Source: a candidate division WWE3 bacterium RIFCSPLOWO2_01_FULL_39_13 (GTDB taxonomy: Bacteria > Patescibacteriota > WWE3 > 2-01-FULL-39-13). Taken from it: DNA of 37,061 nt. Positions 27,776 through 37,061 of this stretch are shown in pieces (position 1 is the stretch's first letter; every line of letters begins with the position of its first letter). Location of the stretch: positions 13,223 to 50,283 of the forward strand of contig MEVH01000015.1 of assembly GCA_001772665.1 (NCBI GenBank), written 5' to 3'. Position numbers and translations under genes: made by a program. Below the pieces are notes generated by a model. The model saw nothing but the letters and a program-made list of their open reading frames with translations, ran no database searches and had not been told where the DNA came from.

Positions 27776-29080
27776 ATGACCAAGATAAAAAAGATTCTTT
27801 TAATCCTTTTAGCATTTGTCCTTTCGCTTGGACTTGTTTTGTCGGGAATATTTTTAATCCGCAAGTATTTATTGCCTCCCTCCGTGCCTCCTGCCGATAT
27901 GAATGTTACGCTTGAATACTGGGGTGTTTTTGAGCCACCGCAGGTTATGTATCCTCTTATTAAGAAATATCAAAAGACCCATCCAAAGGTGACAATCAAT
28001 TACACGCAGAGAACTTTTGAAAATGATTTCTCACGATATAGAGGGACTTTGCTTACCAGGCTGAAGGAAGGTTCCGGGCCAGATATTATGCGTGTCCATT
28101 CGACCTGGATTCCTGCGTTTTACAATGAGCTTAGCCCCGTTGATTCTTCTATATCTTTAGAGGATTTTACTAAAAGGTTTTATCCTGTTGCAAAAGATCA
28201 ATGCGTCACAACAAGCGGACAGATCTTGTGCATTCCTTTGATGTATGACGGCCTGGTTCTTCTTTACAATAGGGATATGTTTAATGCTGAAGGCTTGACT
28301 GTACCGGAATCTTGGGATGAGCTTAGAGAAGATGCGATAAAACTGACCAAGCGTACAAGAGAGCAAGTCACGCGAGGAGGTGCTGCACTTGGGACTGCAT
28401 CCAATGTCTCTAATTCATCAGATATCTTAGGATTAATGCTTTTACAAAGTGGCGTAAAAATCCCAGATGCATTCGACTCGGCTGCTGCAGTTTCGGCTGT
28501 GACCTTCTATACAAATTTTTTCAAGGCTGATAAGGTCTGGGATGATGCTATGCCGGATTCGATTGTTGCTTTCGCAGCCCAAAAGACTGCTATGGCGTTT
28601 GGGAACAGCTGGCAGATCTTGGAAGTTTTATCTCTTAATCCGACTTTGAATTTTGCAGCTGCTCCTGTGCCTCAGCTTCCGAATGCCGATGGGACATTGA
28701 CTAAAGAAACATTGGCATCGTTTTGGGTAGAAACTGTTTCTGCCGATTCTGATCCTGCAAAGAAGAAAGCTGCATGGGATTTTTTGAACTGGCTGAGTCA
28801 GCCCGAACAGCAGGTTATGCTTTATAGCGAGGAATCGAAATACCGGCGTTTCGGCGAAATTTACAGTGATGTTTCTCTAATGGATAATATTAAGACCACC
28901 CCTTATATCGGTGCAATTGTCCAGCAGGCTCCTTGGGCTGTTGCTTTGCAGATCGCTGATCAGTCGGGGAATGATAAATATGTAGATGTAATGAACTGGA
29001 TCATAGATCAGATTCTGGCCGGAAAGGAGCCATTGAAAACCTTGCAGACAGCAAAGCAGAACTATGTGAAGCTCAAATAA
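27776..29080 (+). CDS. Extracellular solute-binding protein (family 1, sugar-type)
   Basis: N-terminal TM segment, GPDI, LLYNRDMF…PESWDEL and AWDFLNWL; no permease genes adjacent. Confidence 0.88.
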   Translation: MTKIKKILLILLAFVLSLGLVLSGIFLIRKYLLPPSVPPADMNVTLEYWGVFEPPQVMYPLIKKYQKTHPKVTINYTQRTFENDFSRYRGTLLTRLKEGSGPDIMRVHSTWIPAFYNELSPVDSSISLEDFTKRFYPVAKDQCVTTSGQILCIPLMYDGLVLLYNRDMFNAEGLTVPESWDELREDAIKLTKRTREQVTRGGAALGTASNVSNSSDILGLMLLQSGVKIPDAFDSAAAVSAVTFYTNFFKADKVWDDAMPDSIVAFAAQKTAMAFGNSWQILEVLSLNPTLNFAAAPVPQLPNADGTLTKETLASFWVETVSADSDPAKKKAAWDFLNWLSQPEQQVMLYSEESKYRRFGEIYSDVSLMDNIKTTPYIGAIVQQAPWAVALQIADQSGNDKYVDVMNWIIDQILAGKEPLKTLQTAKQNYVKLK

Positions 29081-29186
29081 GGATCATCCCGTAACCAGGG
29101 TTACCCCGTTTACCCTCGTCCCTCAAAAATGCTTTCATTCCTATCCGTTTTCATTTGTTTAGAAAAAGTTTAGCTTTGTGTTATTT

Positions 29187-29621
29187 TTATCTGAATAAGG
29201 AGAATTTCTTAGTTATCTCTTTAATCTCATCGGTGCGTCCAAACATGCATATTCCGTAGTACTCCAGGTCGGTTTCATACGTGGAGTTGGTTGTATCCAT
29301 CTGTTCCTGCGATGTCCCAACTGTCATGGTGCTTGTGAAATCAGTAAATTTTATTCCAGAATTTAACGTGGCAATTCTTATATTTCTGATCTGATTTGAG
29401 TTGTTAGCAGAAAGAACGATAAATGGAAAGTGAGATATATTTGGATGGATACCGGAGTCTTTGTCTTTGTACTGCAGAAAGCACATTTTTTCTGGGTTTT
29501 CATATCCTCCCGCCAGCCCTACTGTCATGTGTCCTAACGCATTCATGAGCTTACCCGTTTCTATCTTGCGATTTAACACAGCAGTAAATCTCCATGTGTT
29601 CTCGTCAGGAAGTGATCCCAT
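29187..29621 (-). CDS. DUF2000-family protein
   Basis: GKLMNALGHM, YKDKDSGIHPNISHFPFIVL and ITKKFSLF. Confidence 0.7.
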   Translation of the reverse strand: MGSLPDENTWRFTAVLNRKIETGKLMNALGHMTVGLAGGYENPEKMCFLQYKDKDSGIHPNISHFPFIVLSANNSNQIRNIRIATLNSGIKFTDFTSTMTVGTSQEQMDTTNSTYETDLEYYGICMFGRTDEIKEITKKFSLFR

Positions 29622-29697
29622 TTTAATATTATATTACACATTGCAAAGACAATCATTTATAATACCTGCATAAGTATTTGAATTTCCCGCCCTTTGT

Positions 29698-31971
29698 ATG
29701 GACAAAGTCTACAACCACAAAAAATCAGAACGCAGAATTTACGAGATGTGGGAGAAATCCGGTTATTTTACCCCAAAAATCGATAAATCAAAAAAGCCGT
29801 TTACAATCCTCCTGCCTCTTCCTAATGCAAGCGATCCTATGCATATGGGGCATGCTCTTTTTACCATAGAGGATATACTCGTCAGATGGCACAGAATGAT
29901 GGGTGATCCAACGCTTTGGCTTCCAGGAGGCGACCACGCAGGGATCGAAACCCAGTATGTTTTCGAGAAACACCTGGCAAAAGAAGACCAGAGCCGTTTT
30001 GATTTTGACCGAAACACTTTATACAAGATGATTTCGGAATTTGTAGAAAAAAATAAGGATATTAACCGGGATCAAATGAAACATCTTGGGTTTTCTCTCG
30101 ACTGGACCCGCTACCACTACAGCCTTGAGCCCGAAATTGTTGAGAAGGTTTTAGAGACTTTTCGAAAGCTCCATTCAGACGGTCTGATTTACCGAGGAGA
30201 GCGTCTTGTTAATTACTGCACTAAATGCGGGACTGCATTTTCTGATCTTGAAATTGACCATGTTGAAGAAACTGGTTCCCTTTATTATCTTAATTACGGT
30301 TCTATTCAAATTGCAACTGCGCGTCCTGAAACAATTTTTGCAGATGTGGCAGTAGGAGTTAATCCAACCGACAAGCGCTACAAAAATATTGTCGGCAAAG
30401 AAGCGGTAATTCCTCTTATCAATCGCAAGATACCAATAATTTCCGATGACCTGGTTAAAAAAGATTTTGGAACAGGAGCCCTTAAAATTACTCCAGCTCA
30501 TGATCCAGCGGATTATGAAATCGGGCAGAAGCATAAGCTCCCTATTATTAGATCAATAGATCTAAGCGGAAGGATGATTAATGTCCAAGAAAAATATGCA
30601 GGGATGAAAATTCTCAAAGCACGCGAGGCGGTGCTTGACGATCTTAAAATCGCAGGAAGTCTGGTAAAAATTGAACCGCTTGTTCACACTATCAGCTCCT
30701 GCTATAGGTGCAAAACGACAATAGAGCCAATGCTTATGCCACAGTGGTATGTGAAAACCAAGCCTTTGGCAGAGCCCGCAATCAGGGCCGTTAAAGAGGG
30801 CAAGACAAAAATTGTTCCAAAAAAGCGCTTTGAGAAAATGTATTTCAGATGGATGGAAAATATCACCGACTGGAATATTTCGCGCCAAATCGTATGGGGA
30901 CCGCGGATTCCTGCATGGTACTGCCTGGATTGTAATCCTAATATAGAGATCACTTTTCTGGATAAAAATGGAGGAAAGATCTCCAGAAAATACACAGAAT
31001 TAAAAGGGAGATACACGTTTGCCGAAATAAAAGGAGGACTTCAGTCGCTTACTGCTCCGGTTGAGTCGGAATATTCGTTAAACGATAAAGCTGGCCAAAA
31101 GAGACCGGATGCATGCATACAGTGTGAGAAATGTGGCGGTAAAAACATCCTGCAGGAAACTGATACTTTTGACACATGGTTTTTATCCGGCCAGTGGCCG
31201 GTCACAACTCTCGGATATCCTGATTCAGAGGATTTTAAATATTTCTATCCAACATCAGTTTTAGATACTTTATGGGATATTCTCTTTTTCTGGGTTGCAA
31301 GAATGATAATGTTTGGACTTTATTTAACAGGGAATGTTCCTTTTAAAGTCACCCATATGCATGCCAGGGTTGTTGATGAGAAAGGACAGAAAATGAGTAA
31401 AAGCAAGGGAAATGTGATAAATCCAATTGAGATGGCAGACAAATACGGGGTCGATGCAGTTAGAATGACGCTCATTTACGGAGTTTCTCAGGGCAGCGAC
31501 GTTTCAGTAAGTGACGACAAAATCCGCGCAATGCGAAACTTCGCTAACAAAATCTGGAATATAGGCCGGTATATACTGGGGTCTTTTGACAGAGCTGGGT
31601 ATAAAAGTTATGAGGATGTTCCCTTGTATTCTCCAGACATGGAAGGATTGACAAAAGAGGATAAAGCAATCGTTAAGGATCTTAAAAAACTGATTAAATC
31701 AGTGACAGAGAATCTTAAAAAATTTAGGTTTGATTTTGCTTCAGAAGAAATCTACCAGTTCATCTGGCACAGATTTGCAGATGAGTATCTGGAGTATTCA
31801 AAGGAAAGAGCAGGAAATGGAGATAAAGCCTGCTTGTCAATTCTTTTTCATGTCTACAAAAACTGCCTTAAACTTCTTCATCCTTTTATGCCTTTTGTTA
31901 CCGAAGAAATCTGGGGACAAATTCCGAAAGCAGAAAAGGATCCTCTTATAATTTCGAAATGGCCGAAGTAA
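29698..31971 (+). CDS. valS: Valine--tRNA ligase (no C-terminal coiled coil)
   Basis: HMGH, DHAGIETQ, DWNISRQIVWG, DTFDTWF and KMSKS motifs. Confidence 0.97.
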   Translation: MDKVYNHKKSERRIYEMWEKSGYFTPKIDKSKKPFTILLPLPNASDPMHMGHALFTIEDILVRWHRMMGDPTLWLPGGDHAGIETQYVFEKHLAKEDQSRFDFDRNTLYKMISEFVEKNKDINRDQMKHLGFSLDWTRYHYSLEPEIVEKVLETFRKLHSDGLIYRGERLVNYCTKCGTAFSDLEIDHVEETGSLYYLNYGSIQIATARPETIFADVAVGVNPTDKRYKNIVGKEAVIPLINRKIPIISDDLVKKDFGTGALKITPAHDPADYEIGQKHKLPIIRSIDLSGRMINVQEKYAGMKILKAREAVLDDLKIAGSLVKIEPLVHTISSCYRCKTTIEPMLMPQWYVKTKPLAEPAIRAVKEGKTKIVPKKRFEKMYFRWMENITDWNISRQIVWGPRIPAWYCLDCNPNIEITFLDKNGGKISRKYTELKGRYTFAEIKGGLQSLTAPVESEYSLNDKAGQKRPDACIQCEKCGGKNILQETDTFDTWFLSGQWPVTTLGYPDSEDFKYFYPTSVLDTLWDILFFWVARMIMFGLYLTGNVPFKVTHMHARVVDEKGQKMSKSKGNVINPIEMADKYGVDAVRMTLIYGVSQGSDVSVSDDKIRAMRNFANKIWNIGRYILGSFDRAGYKSYEDVPLYSPDMEGLTKEDKAIVKDLKKLIKSVTENLKKFRFDFASEEIYQFIWHRFADEYLEYSKERAGNGDKACLSILFHVYKNCLKLLHPFMPFVTEEIWGQIPKAEKDPLIISKWPK

Positions 31972-32085
31972 GTCTGTCTTGAGCGTATTCACTTTTTTCT
32001 CCTAATCAGATTTGCAAGCTGCCTCGCGTCGGTCTTTACGAAATGTTGATTCTCTGCTATCTTAATGTAGGTTGTTTAGTTGTCC

Positions 32086-32113
32086 GGGTGAGGTTTCCTC
32101 ACTTTTTCTTTTT
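32086..32113 (+). terminator. Leader hairpin plus U-tract upstream of nusA (rimP-leader-like attenuator)
   Basis: GTGAGG-TTT-CCTCAC-TTTTTCTTTTT, about 30 nt before nusA. Confidence 0.55.
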
Positions 32114-32144
32114 AGAAAGGCAACCACAGTAAAATAACAAAAAT

Positions 32145-33311
32145 ATGCCGATAACAGAGTTTACAGCAGCGCTAAACCAAGTAGCTGCAGAAAGAAATAT
32201 ATCAACAGAAGAAGTAATTGCAACTTTGAAAGAAGCCTTGGTTGCTGCTTACATGAAAGATCATCCTATAGAGGAAGAAGAAATCGAGAAGCTTTCGGCC
32301 GACATAGATTCTGATAGCGGTGAAGTAAAGGTCTTTTTCGACAAAAAAGATGTCACCCCTGCAGGTTTTGGACGCATTGCATCGCAGACAGCCAAGCAGG
32401 TAATACTTCAGAAAATCCGCGAAGCAGAAAAAGAATCAATTGCAAACGAATACCGTGAACTGATCGGAACGATAGTCCCTGGATACATTTTCAGAATAGA
32501 TAAAGACACCGTAATAATGGATGTTGGAAAAACCCAGGGCATTCTCCCCTTTTCAGAGCAGATTCCTAATGAAAGATATTCAGTAAACCAGAAGTATAAA
32601 GTTTTGGTAAAAGAAGTTACAGACAAAGACGAAGGTGGCTCCGCGATAATTCTTTCGAGAAAAGATCCAAGATTTATAGAGGAGCTTTTTAAACAGGAGG
32701 TTCCCGAAATCGAATCTGGTGTTGTAAAAATAGAGGAAATTGCACGCGAGGCGGGAGAAAGAACAAAAGTCGCGGTATCCTCTTCAGATGATAAGGTCGA
32801 CCCGTCAGGGGCATGTATTGGCCAAAGGGGAATACGCGTCCAGGCGGTTACCGACGAGTTAAACGGAGAAAAAATCGACATTATAAATTATCACCCAAGT
32901 CCTGATAAATTTATCGCACTATCCCTTTCACCCGCCCATGTCGTTGACATTATGCTGAACGAAGAAGAGCATAGTGCTGTGGTAATCGTTTCAGAAGATC
33001 AGCTTTCTCTTGCAATAGGAAATCACGGCCAGAATGCCCGTCTGGCTGCAAAACTTACTGGATGGAGGATAAATATCAATGGGCCCGAAGGATCGGAGAA
33101 GAAGACAGAGGGCGAAGGCAAAGAAAAAGATCGGAAGAACAGTAAAGATAAAGCAAAAGATGAAAAAGAAAGCAAATCCAAGACGAAAAAACCCGTCAAG
33201 ACCGCGAAGAAAGAAAAAAAGGGCAAAGATAAACCCAAAAAAGAGGTCTCCGGCACAGACCCCGAGAATAAGCAAAAAGATTCTGAAAACACCGAAGATG
33301 GAAAAGAGTAA
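32145..33311 (+). CDS. nusA: Transcription termination factor NusA
   Basis: FGRIASQTAKQVI, AREAGERTKVAV and LAIGNHGQNARLA; Lys/Glu-rich tail. Confidence 0.97.
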   Translation: MPITEFTAALNQVAAERNISTEEVIATLKEALVAAYMKDHPIEEEEIEKLSADIDSDSGEVKVFFDKKDVTPAGFGRIASQTAKQVILQKIREAEKESIANEYRELIGTIVPGYIFRIDKDTVIMDVGKTQGILPFSEQIPNERYSVNQKYKVLVKEVTDKDEGGSAIILSRKDPRFIEELFKQEVPEIESGVVKIEEIAREAGERTKVAVSSSDDKVDPSGACIGQRGIRVQAVTDELNGEKIDIINYHPSPDKFIALSLSPAHVVDIMLNEEEHSAVVIVSEDQLSLAIGNHGQNARLAAKLTGWRININGPEGSEKKTEGEGKEKDRKNSKDKAKDEKESKSKTKKPVKTAKKEKKGKDKPKKEVSGTDPENKQKDSENTEDGKE

Positions 33312-33319
33312 AGTTCATT

Positions 33320-34846
33320 ATGGTAAAAAAGAAAAGTCAGCAGAAAACAGAAGAAAAGGCTGTCTACAGGCCTCCTATAGTTACGTTAATGGGTCATGTC
33401 GATCATGGCAAAACATCGATTCTTGATGCAGTAAGAAAATCAAAACTAACGTCCCTCGAGTCTGGTGGAATCACCCAACATATTGGTGCCTACACAATTG
33501 AAAACAACGGGAAGAAGATAACTTTTATAGATACTCCGGGACACGAAGCGTTTTCGCAGATGCGCGCCCGCGGAGGAGCTGCTGCAGACATAGTAATACT
33601 TGTCGTTGCAGCTGACGACGGCGTTATGCCACAGACTAAAGAGGCGATAATGCATGCCAAAGCTGCAAATGTTCCAATAATCGTGGCAATTAACAAATGC
33701 GATCTTCCTTCAGCTGATATCATGAGAGTCAAAAGACAGCTGGCTGAAAATAATATCCCAGTTGAGGGCTTTGGGGGTGATGTTGTTGCAGTCGAGGTGT
33801 CTGCGCTGAAAGGCACAGGCATAAATGAGCTTCTTGATGTAATCCTTTTAATTGCTGAAATGAATAAAGACAAACTTTCAGCAGATCCAAACGGAGTTTT
33901 TGAGGCTCTTGTTATCGAGTCGAGGCATGATCCGAAAAAAGGCATAATGGTATCGGCTGTTGTAAAAGATGGGACTCTAAATTTGAGAGATGAAATTTCT
34001 GCAGGAGAAGCAGAAGGCAAGGTTCGGTCTTTATCGAATTCGCTCGGAAAGGTTGTAAAATCGGCTGTTCCAGGTGACGCAGTTGAAATTCTGGGATTTT
34101 CTGACCTTCCGCAGTCTGGGGATGTAATAAAGAAAAATGAAGAGAAAGGTTCAAAATCGAGTCTGGGCAAAGAATCTGAGACATCAGAAATTTCGGGGGC
34201 GATGGAAGCTCCAGTGGCTTCAGAAACTCCGATTGATCCCCTTACCGGCAAGAAAATCCTTAATCTTTTAATAAAAGCTGATACTGCAGGGACATGCGAA
34301 GCAATTGTTTCATCAATAAATAAGCTTAAAGTTGAAGAAGCTATCCCGAATATCCTCTTATCAGGCGCAGGAGATGCCAAAGAGTCAGATGTTCTGCTTG
34401 CTTCGTCAGGAAGAGCAGTAATTATGGCATTTCGCGTAAATGTCCCGGCCTCTGTTTTAGAGCTTGCCAAAAGCCATAAGGTGATAATTCGCGAGCATGA
34501 GATAATTTATGCTCTTATTGAGGAAGTCGAAGACGCACTTCAGGGGGTTCTTGAAATAGAAGAGGCGAAAGTTAAAGGGAAAGGCCTTGTTATAAAAGTT
34601 TTTACACTACCAAAGTCTAACATGAAAGTGGCGGGAACCCTAGTTGAAGGTGGAAGATTCAAGGTCGGATCAAGAATTGGAATATTTAGGGAAGACAACG
34701 AAACTCCAGTTTATGTCTCACGCGTGAAAAGTCTTCATATCGGCGCTGGAGAAGTTAATGAAGCAAAAAAAGGCGAAGAATGCGGAATACTTTTAAAGCC
34801 AGCCATTGACGATATACAGCTAGATGATGTTATTGAGATCCTTTAG
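33320..34846 (+). CDS. infB: Translation initiation factor IF-2 (short form)
   Basis: RPPIVTLMGHVDHGKT, GGITQHIGAY, DTPGHEAF and GEECGI. Confidence 0.97.
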   Translation: MVKKKSQQKTEEKAVYRPPIVTLMGHVDHGKTSILDAVRKSKLTSLESGGITQHIGAYTIENNGKKITFIDTPGHEAFSQMRARGGAAADIVILVVAADDGVMPQTKEAIMHAKAANVPIIVAINKCDLPSADIMRVKRQLAENNIPVEGFGGDVVAVEVSALKGTGINELLDVILLIAEMNKDKLSADPNGVFEALVIESRHDPKKGIMVSAVVKDGTLNLRDEISAGEAEGKVRSLSNSLGKVVKSAVPGDAVEILGFSDLPQSGDVIKKNEEKGSKSSLGKESETSEISGAMEAPVASETPIDPLTGKKILNLLIKADTAGTCEAIVSSINKLKVEEAIPNILLSGAGDAKESDVLLASSGRAVIMAFRVNVPASVLELAKSHKVIIREHEIIYALIEEVEDALQGVLEIEEAKVKGKGLVIKVFTLPKSNMKVAGTLVEGGRFKVGSRIGIFREDNETPVYVSRVKSLHIGAGEVNEAKKGEECGILLKPAIDDIQLDDVIEIL

Positions 34847-34917
34847 AAAATGTTCAGAGAATATTTATAAGTCCTGCGTTGCTTTACTCTCATGTTGCCT
34901 TCGTGTATAGTTTGGGT

Positions 34918-35453
34918 GTGGCACGTAAGAACATAGAAATAGAAATTCAAGTTAAGATAGAGAGGCCAGCACCACTGTTACGATTCTTAAAGGAGAATGG
35001 AATCTTGGTGAAAAGGTGCAGCAAGTAGACACCTATTACACTCCTAAACATAGAGATTTTACTCAAGTCAGGCCGGTTAGTGAATGGCTGCGACTGAGAG
35101 ATTCGGATAGCAGATACTACATTACTTATAAAAACTGGCACCATGAAAAAGATGGAGGAAGTCATCATTGTGATGAATACGAAACCGAAATTGGCAGCCT
35201 TGAGCAGGTGGAAAAGATCTTTAGTGTATTAAACTTTAAAAAATTAGTGTCTGTTGATAAAAAGAGAGAAGTTTGGAATTTTAACGATTACGAAATAGCA
35301 ATTGACGCAGCAAAAAATACAAAACCTCCCGAAATTAAAGACAAAATGATAACTTTTCTGAAATCTTTAAAGATTGGGGAAATTCGAAGGAATTACGTTG
35401 GATATCCTTATCAGTTATTATTTCCCCGGGAGATTGAACATTTCAAGCAATAA
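34918..35453 (+). pseudogene. Frameshifted CYTH-domain (CyaB-like) gene
   Basis: GTG 34918 gives MARKNIEIEIQVKI… ending at TAG. A second frame carries QVDTYY, LRLR, ITYK, EYET and VDKKRE. The shift is near 35000. Confidence 0.7.
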
Positions 35454-35465
35454 TAGGGTAAGTTC

Positions 35466-36734
35466 TCAGACTTTAAACAGTGAAGGAAAGGCTTTGTTTC
35501 CATTTAGGGTTAGTTGCCTTTTTCCCGTATTCTGTACTCTTAGGATGTATTGTTCTAATAGTGGCACTGCAAAGGAATAATTTCCGTTACTATCCCTATA
35601 TAATAATCCTGCTGTAATAAGTCGTCTGAACATTTGACTTACTTGTGATCTTCCAAAGCTTTTTACTTTGCTTTTCTTCGAAATTACAACAATCTCATGA
35701 ACCTTGAACTTTGTTTTTCCTGAATTTGCTATTAGCATAAGTAAATCTCTTTCCCTTTCTGTTGCTCTCGCCCATCTGCCAGCAAAAAAATCGCTGTCCA
35801 GCTTTTGAATAATTGCATCCATAGGTATTGATAATTTTTGACCTGCATTAACTTGTTGTAAGAAAACATCGAAAACTTCTCTACAAATGTATTGTATAAA
35901 GAAAGGGTATCCGCCTGACTGCAACACAATTTCATTTATCGCCTTTTCATTAAATTTCAAAGGATGTTGTGTTTTTTCGATAGGCTTGACGATTGCTTTT
36001 TTGCTTTCTTCGTCCGTGAGTTTTTCCAATATTACTACATGGAATAGTCTTTCTGAGTATGTTCTTGTTTCTACCAAGTTTGCAAGCAACATAGGTAATC
36101 CTGTCAGAACAAGAATAAAAAGTATGTTCTTTTTTTGTATATAGGTGAATACGTCTAGCAATAAAGATAATGGATATTGTTTATCTTCCGAATGATCGCT
36201 TAATGTTTGAGCTTCGTCGTAAGCAAAAACTATACCTTTGACCGTTCGAAGATTTGATATGTGTTGCCAAACCATTTCAAGGGTAGCCTTGAGTTTGTCA
36301 CTAATGAAACCAGGGACATTATTAAAATAAGCTGCAAGGTATGAATAATTTAGAAATATATCATTTGTCTTTTTATCGCTATTAAATCCAATTTAATTCC
36401 TATTAATAGTCCCGATTTTAATATTAGAAGTTATAAGTGCTATATCTGTCAATATACGCATTGCCATGGTTTCTTCGCTAACACTAACACTTTCTGCACA
36501 GTCAGTCCCTGCCCATAGCCAATTTCTCTTGCGTGCAACTGACTTAAGACTTTCTAACAGTACTGTTTTCCCAATCCCTCTTAAACCAGAAATTATTAAA
36601 TTTTTCAAGATGGTGTTTTGTTTAAGTAATCTATCAAATTCTTGAATTTCCAAATTTCTCCCGGCCAAATATGGGGGGGTATGGCCTGCCCCGGGGCGAA
36701 ATGGGTTTTCTAATGTTTCGTTTATGTTAGTCAT
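35466..36734 (-). pseudogene. P-loop ATPase (AAA_16/archaeal-ATPase-like) with C-terminal wHTH, split by one in-frame TAA
   Basis: NPFRPGAG…LAGR, Walker A GLRGIGKT, Walker B YDEAQ and SGGYPFFIQ. Both tracked ORFs are in one frame, and the only stop is at 36393-36395. Confidence 0.8.
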
Positions 36735-36812
36735 TCTTGTAACGTTATATTATTCACTAACGTTAGTCAATGTACTTGCTACATACTAATACGTTCGTAT
36801 AATCTTCGGGGT

Positions 36813-36850
36813 GTTACAGTGCGTTAGTCCATAGGCTAACGCACTGTAAC
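36813..36850. repeat. Perfect 15-bp inverted repeat
   Basis: GTTACAGTGCGTTAG-N8-CTAACGCACTGTAAC. Confidence 0.85.
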
Positions 36851-37061
36851 GTCTGCTGTTTTATGGTCTTTACTATGAACACGTTTACGAGAAGAGAACA
36901 AATAGTTTGTCATCCAAAACCCTGTTTTTCTTACCCTGTTAGATCATATTGTTTGTCATCCAAACTATGAACTATAGATCGCGCAAAACAAAACTGCAGT
37001 TTAGGATAAAATTAATGGATGAAAGATTTCATCCTGTCCAAGGAGGAGTGCAACATACTAT

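Noticed and set aside
32408-34470. Long minus-strand ORFs (157 aa and 326 aa) and the Lys/Arg-rich ORF 33079-33426
   Set aside because: Shadows or alternate frames of nusA and infB, with no recognisable motifs.
36393-36395. Stop-codon reassignment
   Set aside because: TAA, TAG and TGA all terminate conserved genes in this window (groEL, groES, rpmH).
36905-36966. Mini-CRISPR
   Set aside because: Only two 14-nt repeats, which is too short and too few.

Overview
Chromosomal window from a bacterium that looks like Patescibacteria/CPR (inference: Microgenomates/WWE3-like; standard code 11). It spans the replication-origin region: rpmH-rnpA-yidD-yidC-jag-dnaN on the minus strand, divergent dnaA, and a DnaA-box-rich AT tract. 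It also carries groES-groEL, valS, nusA-infB, cell-envelope genes, two toxin-antitoxin pairs, a PrgI/TraC/VirB4-like locus and two apparent pseudogenes at the right end. The most unusual feature is at 9283-10066. Intact tRNA-Phe(GAA) and tRNA-Cys(GCA) genes are interleaved with four defective tRNA copies and a small GIY-YIG nuclease gene. In every defective copy, of both tRNAs, the same structural segment (about positions 38-55, 17 nt, AAC-N11-GTT) is replaced by the same 15-nt hairpin GTCRCC-NNN-GGCGAC. Second, a 147-bp hairpin-ended non-autonomous element (IS200/IS605-like) is present twice with one mismatch. One copy splits a YdjM-like gene whose empty site can be rebuilt, and the other sits between rpmH and dnaA. 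All calls come from reading the sequence and recognising motifs; no database searches were run.
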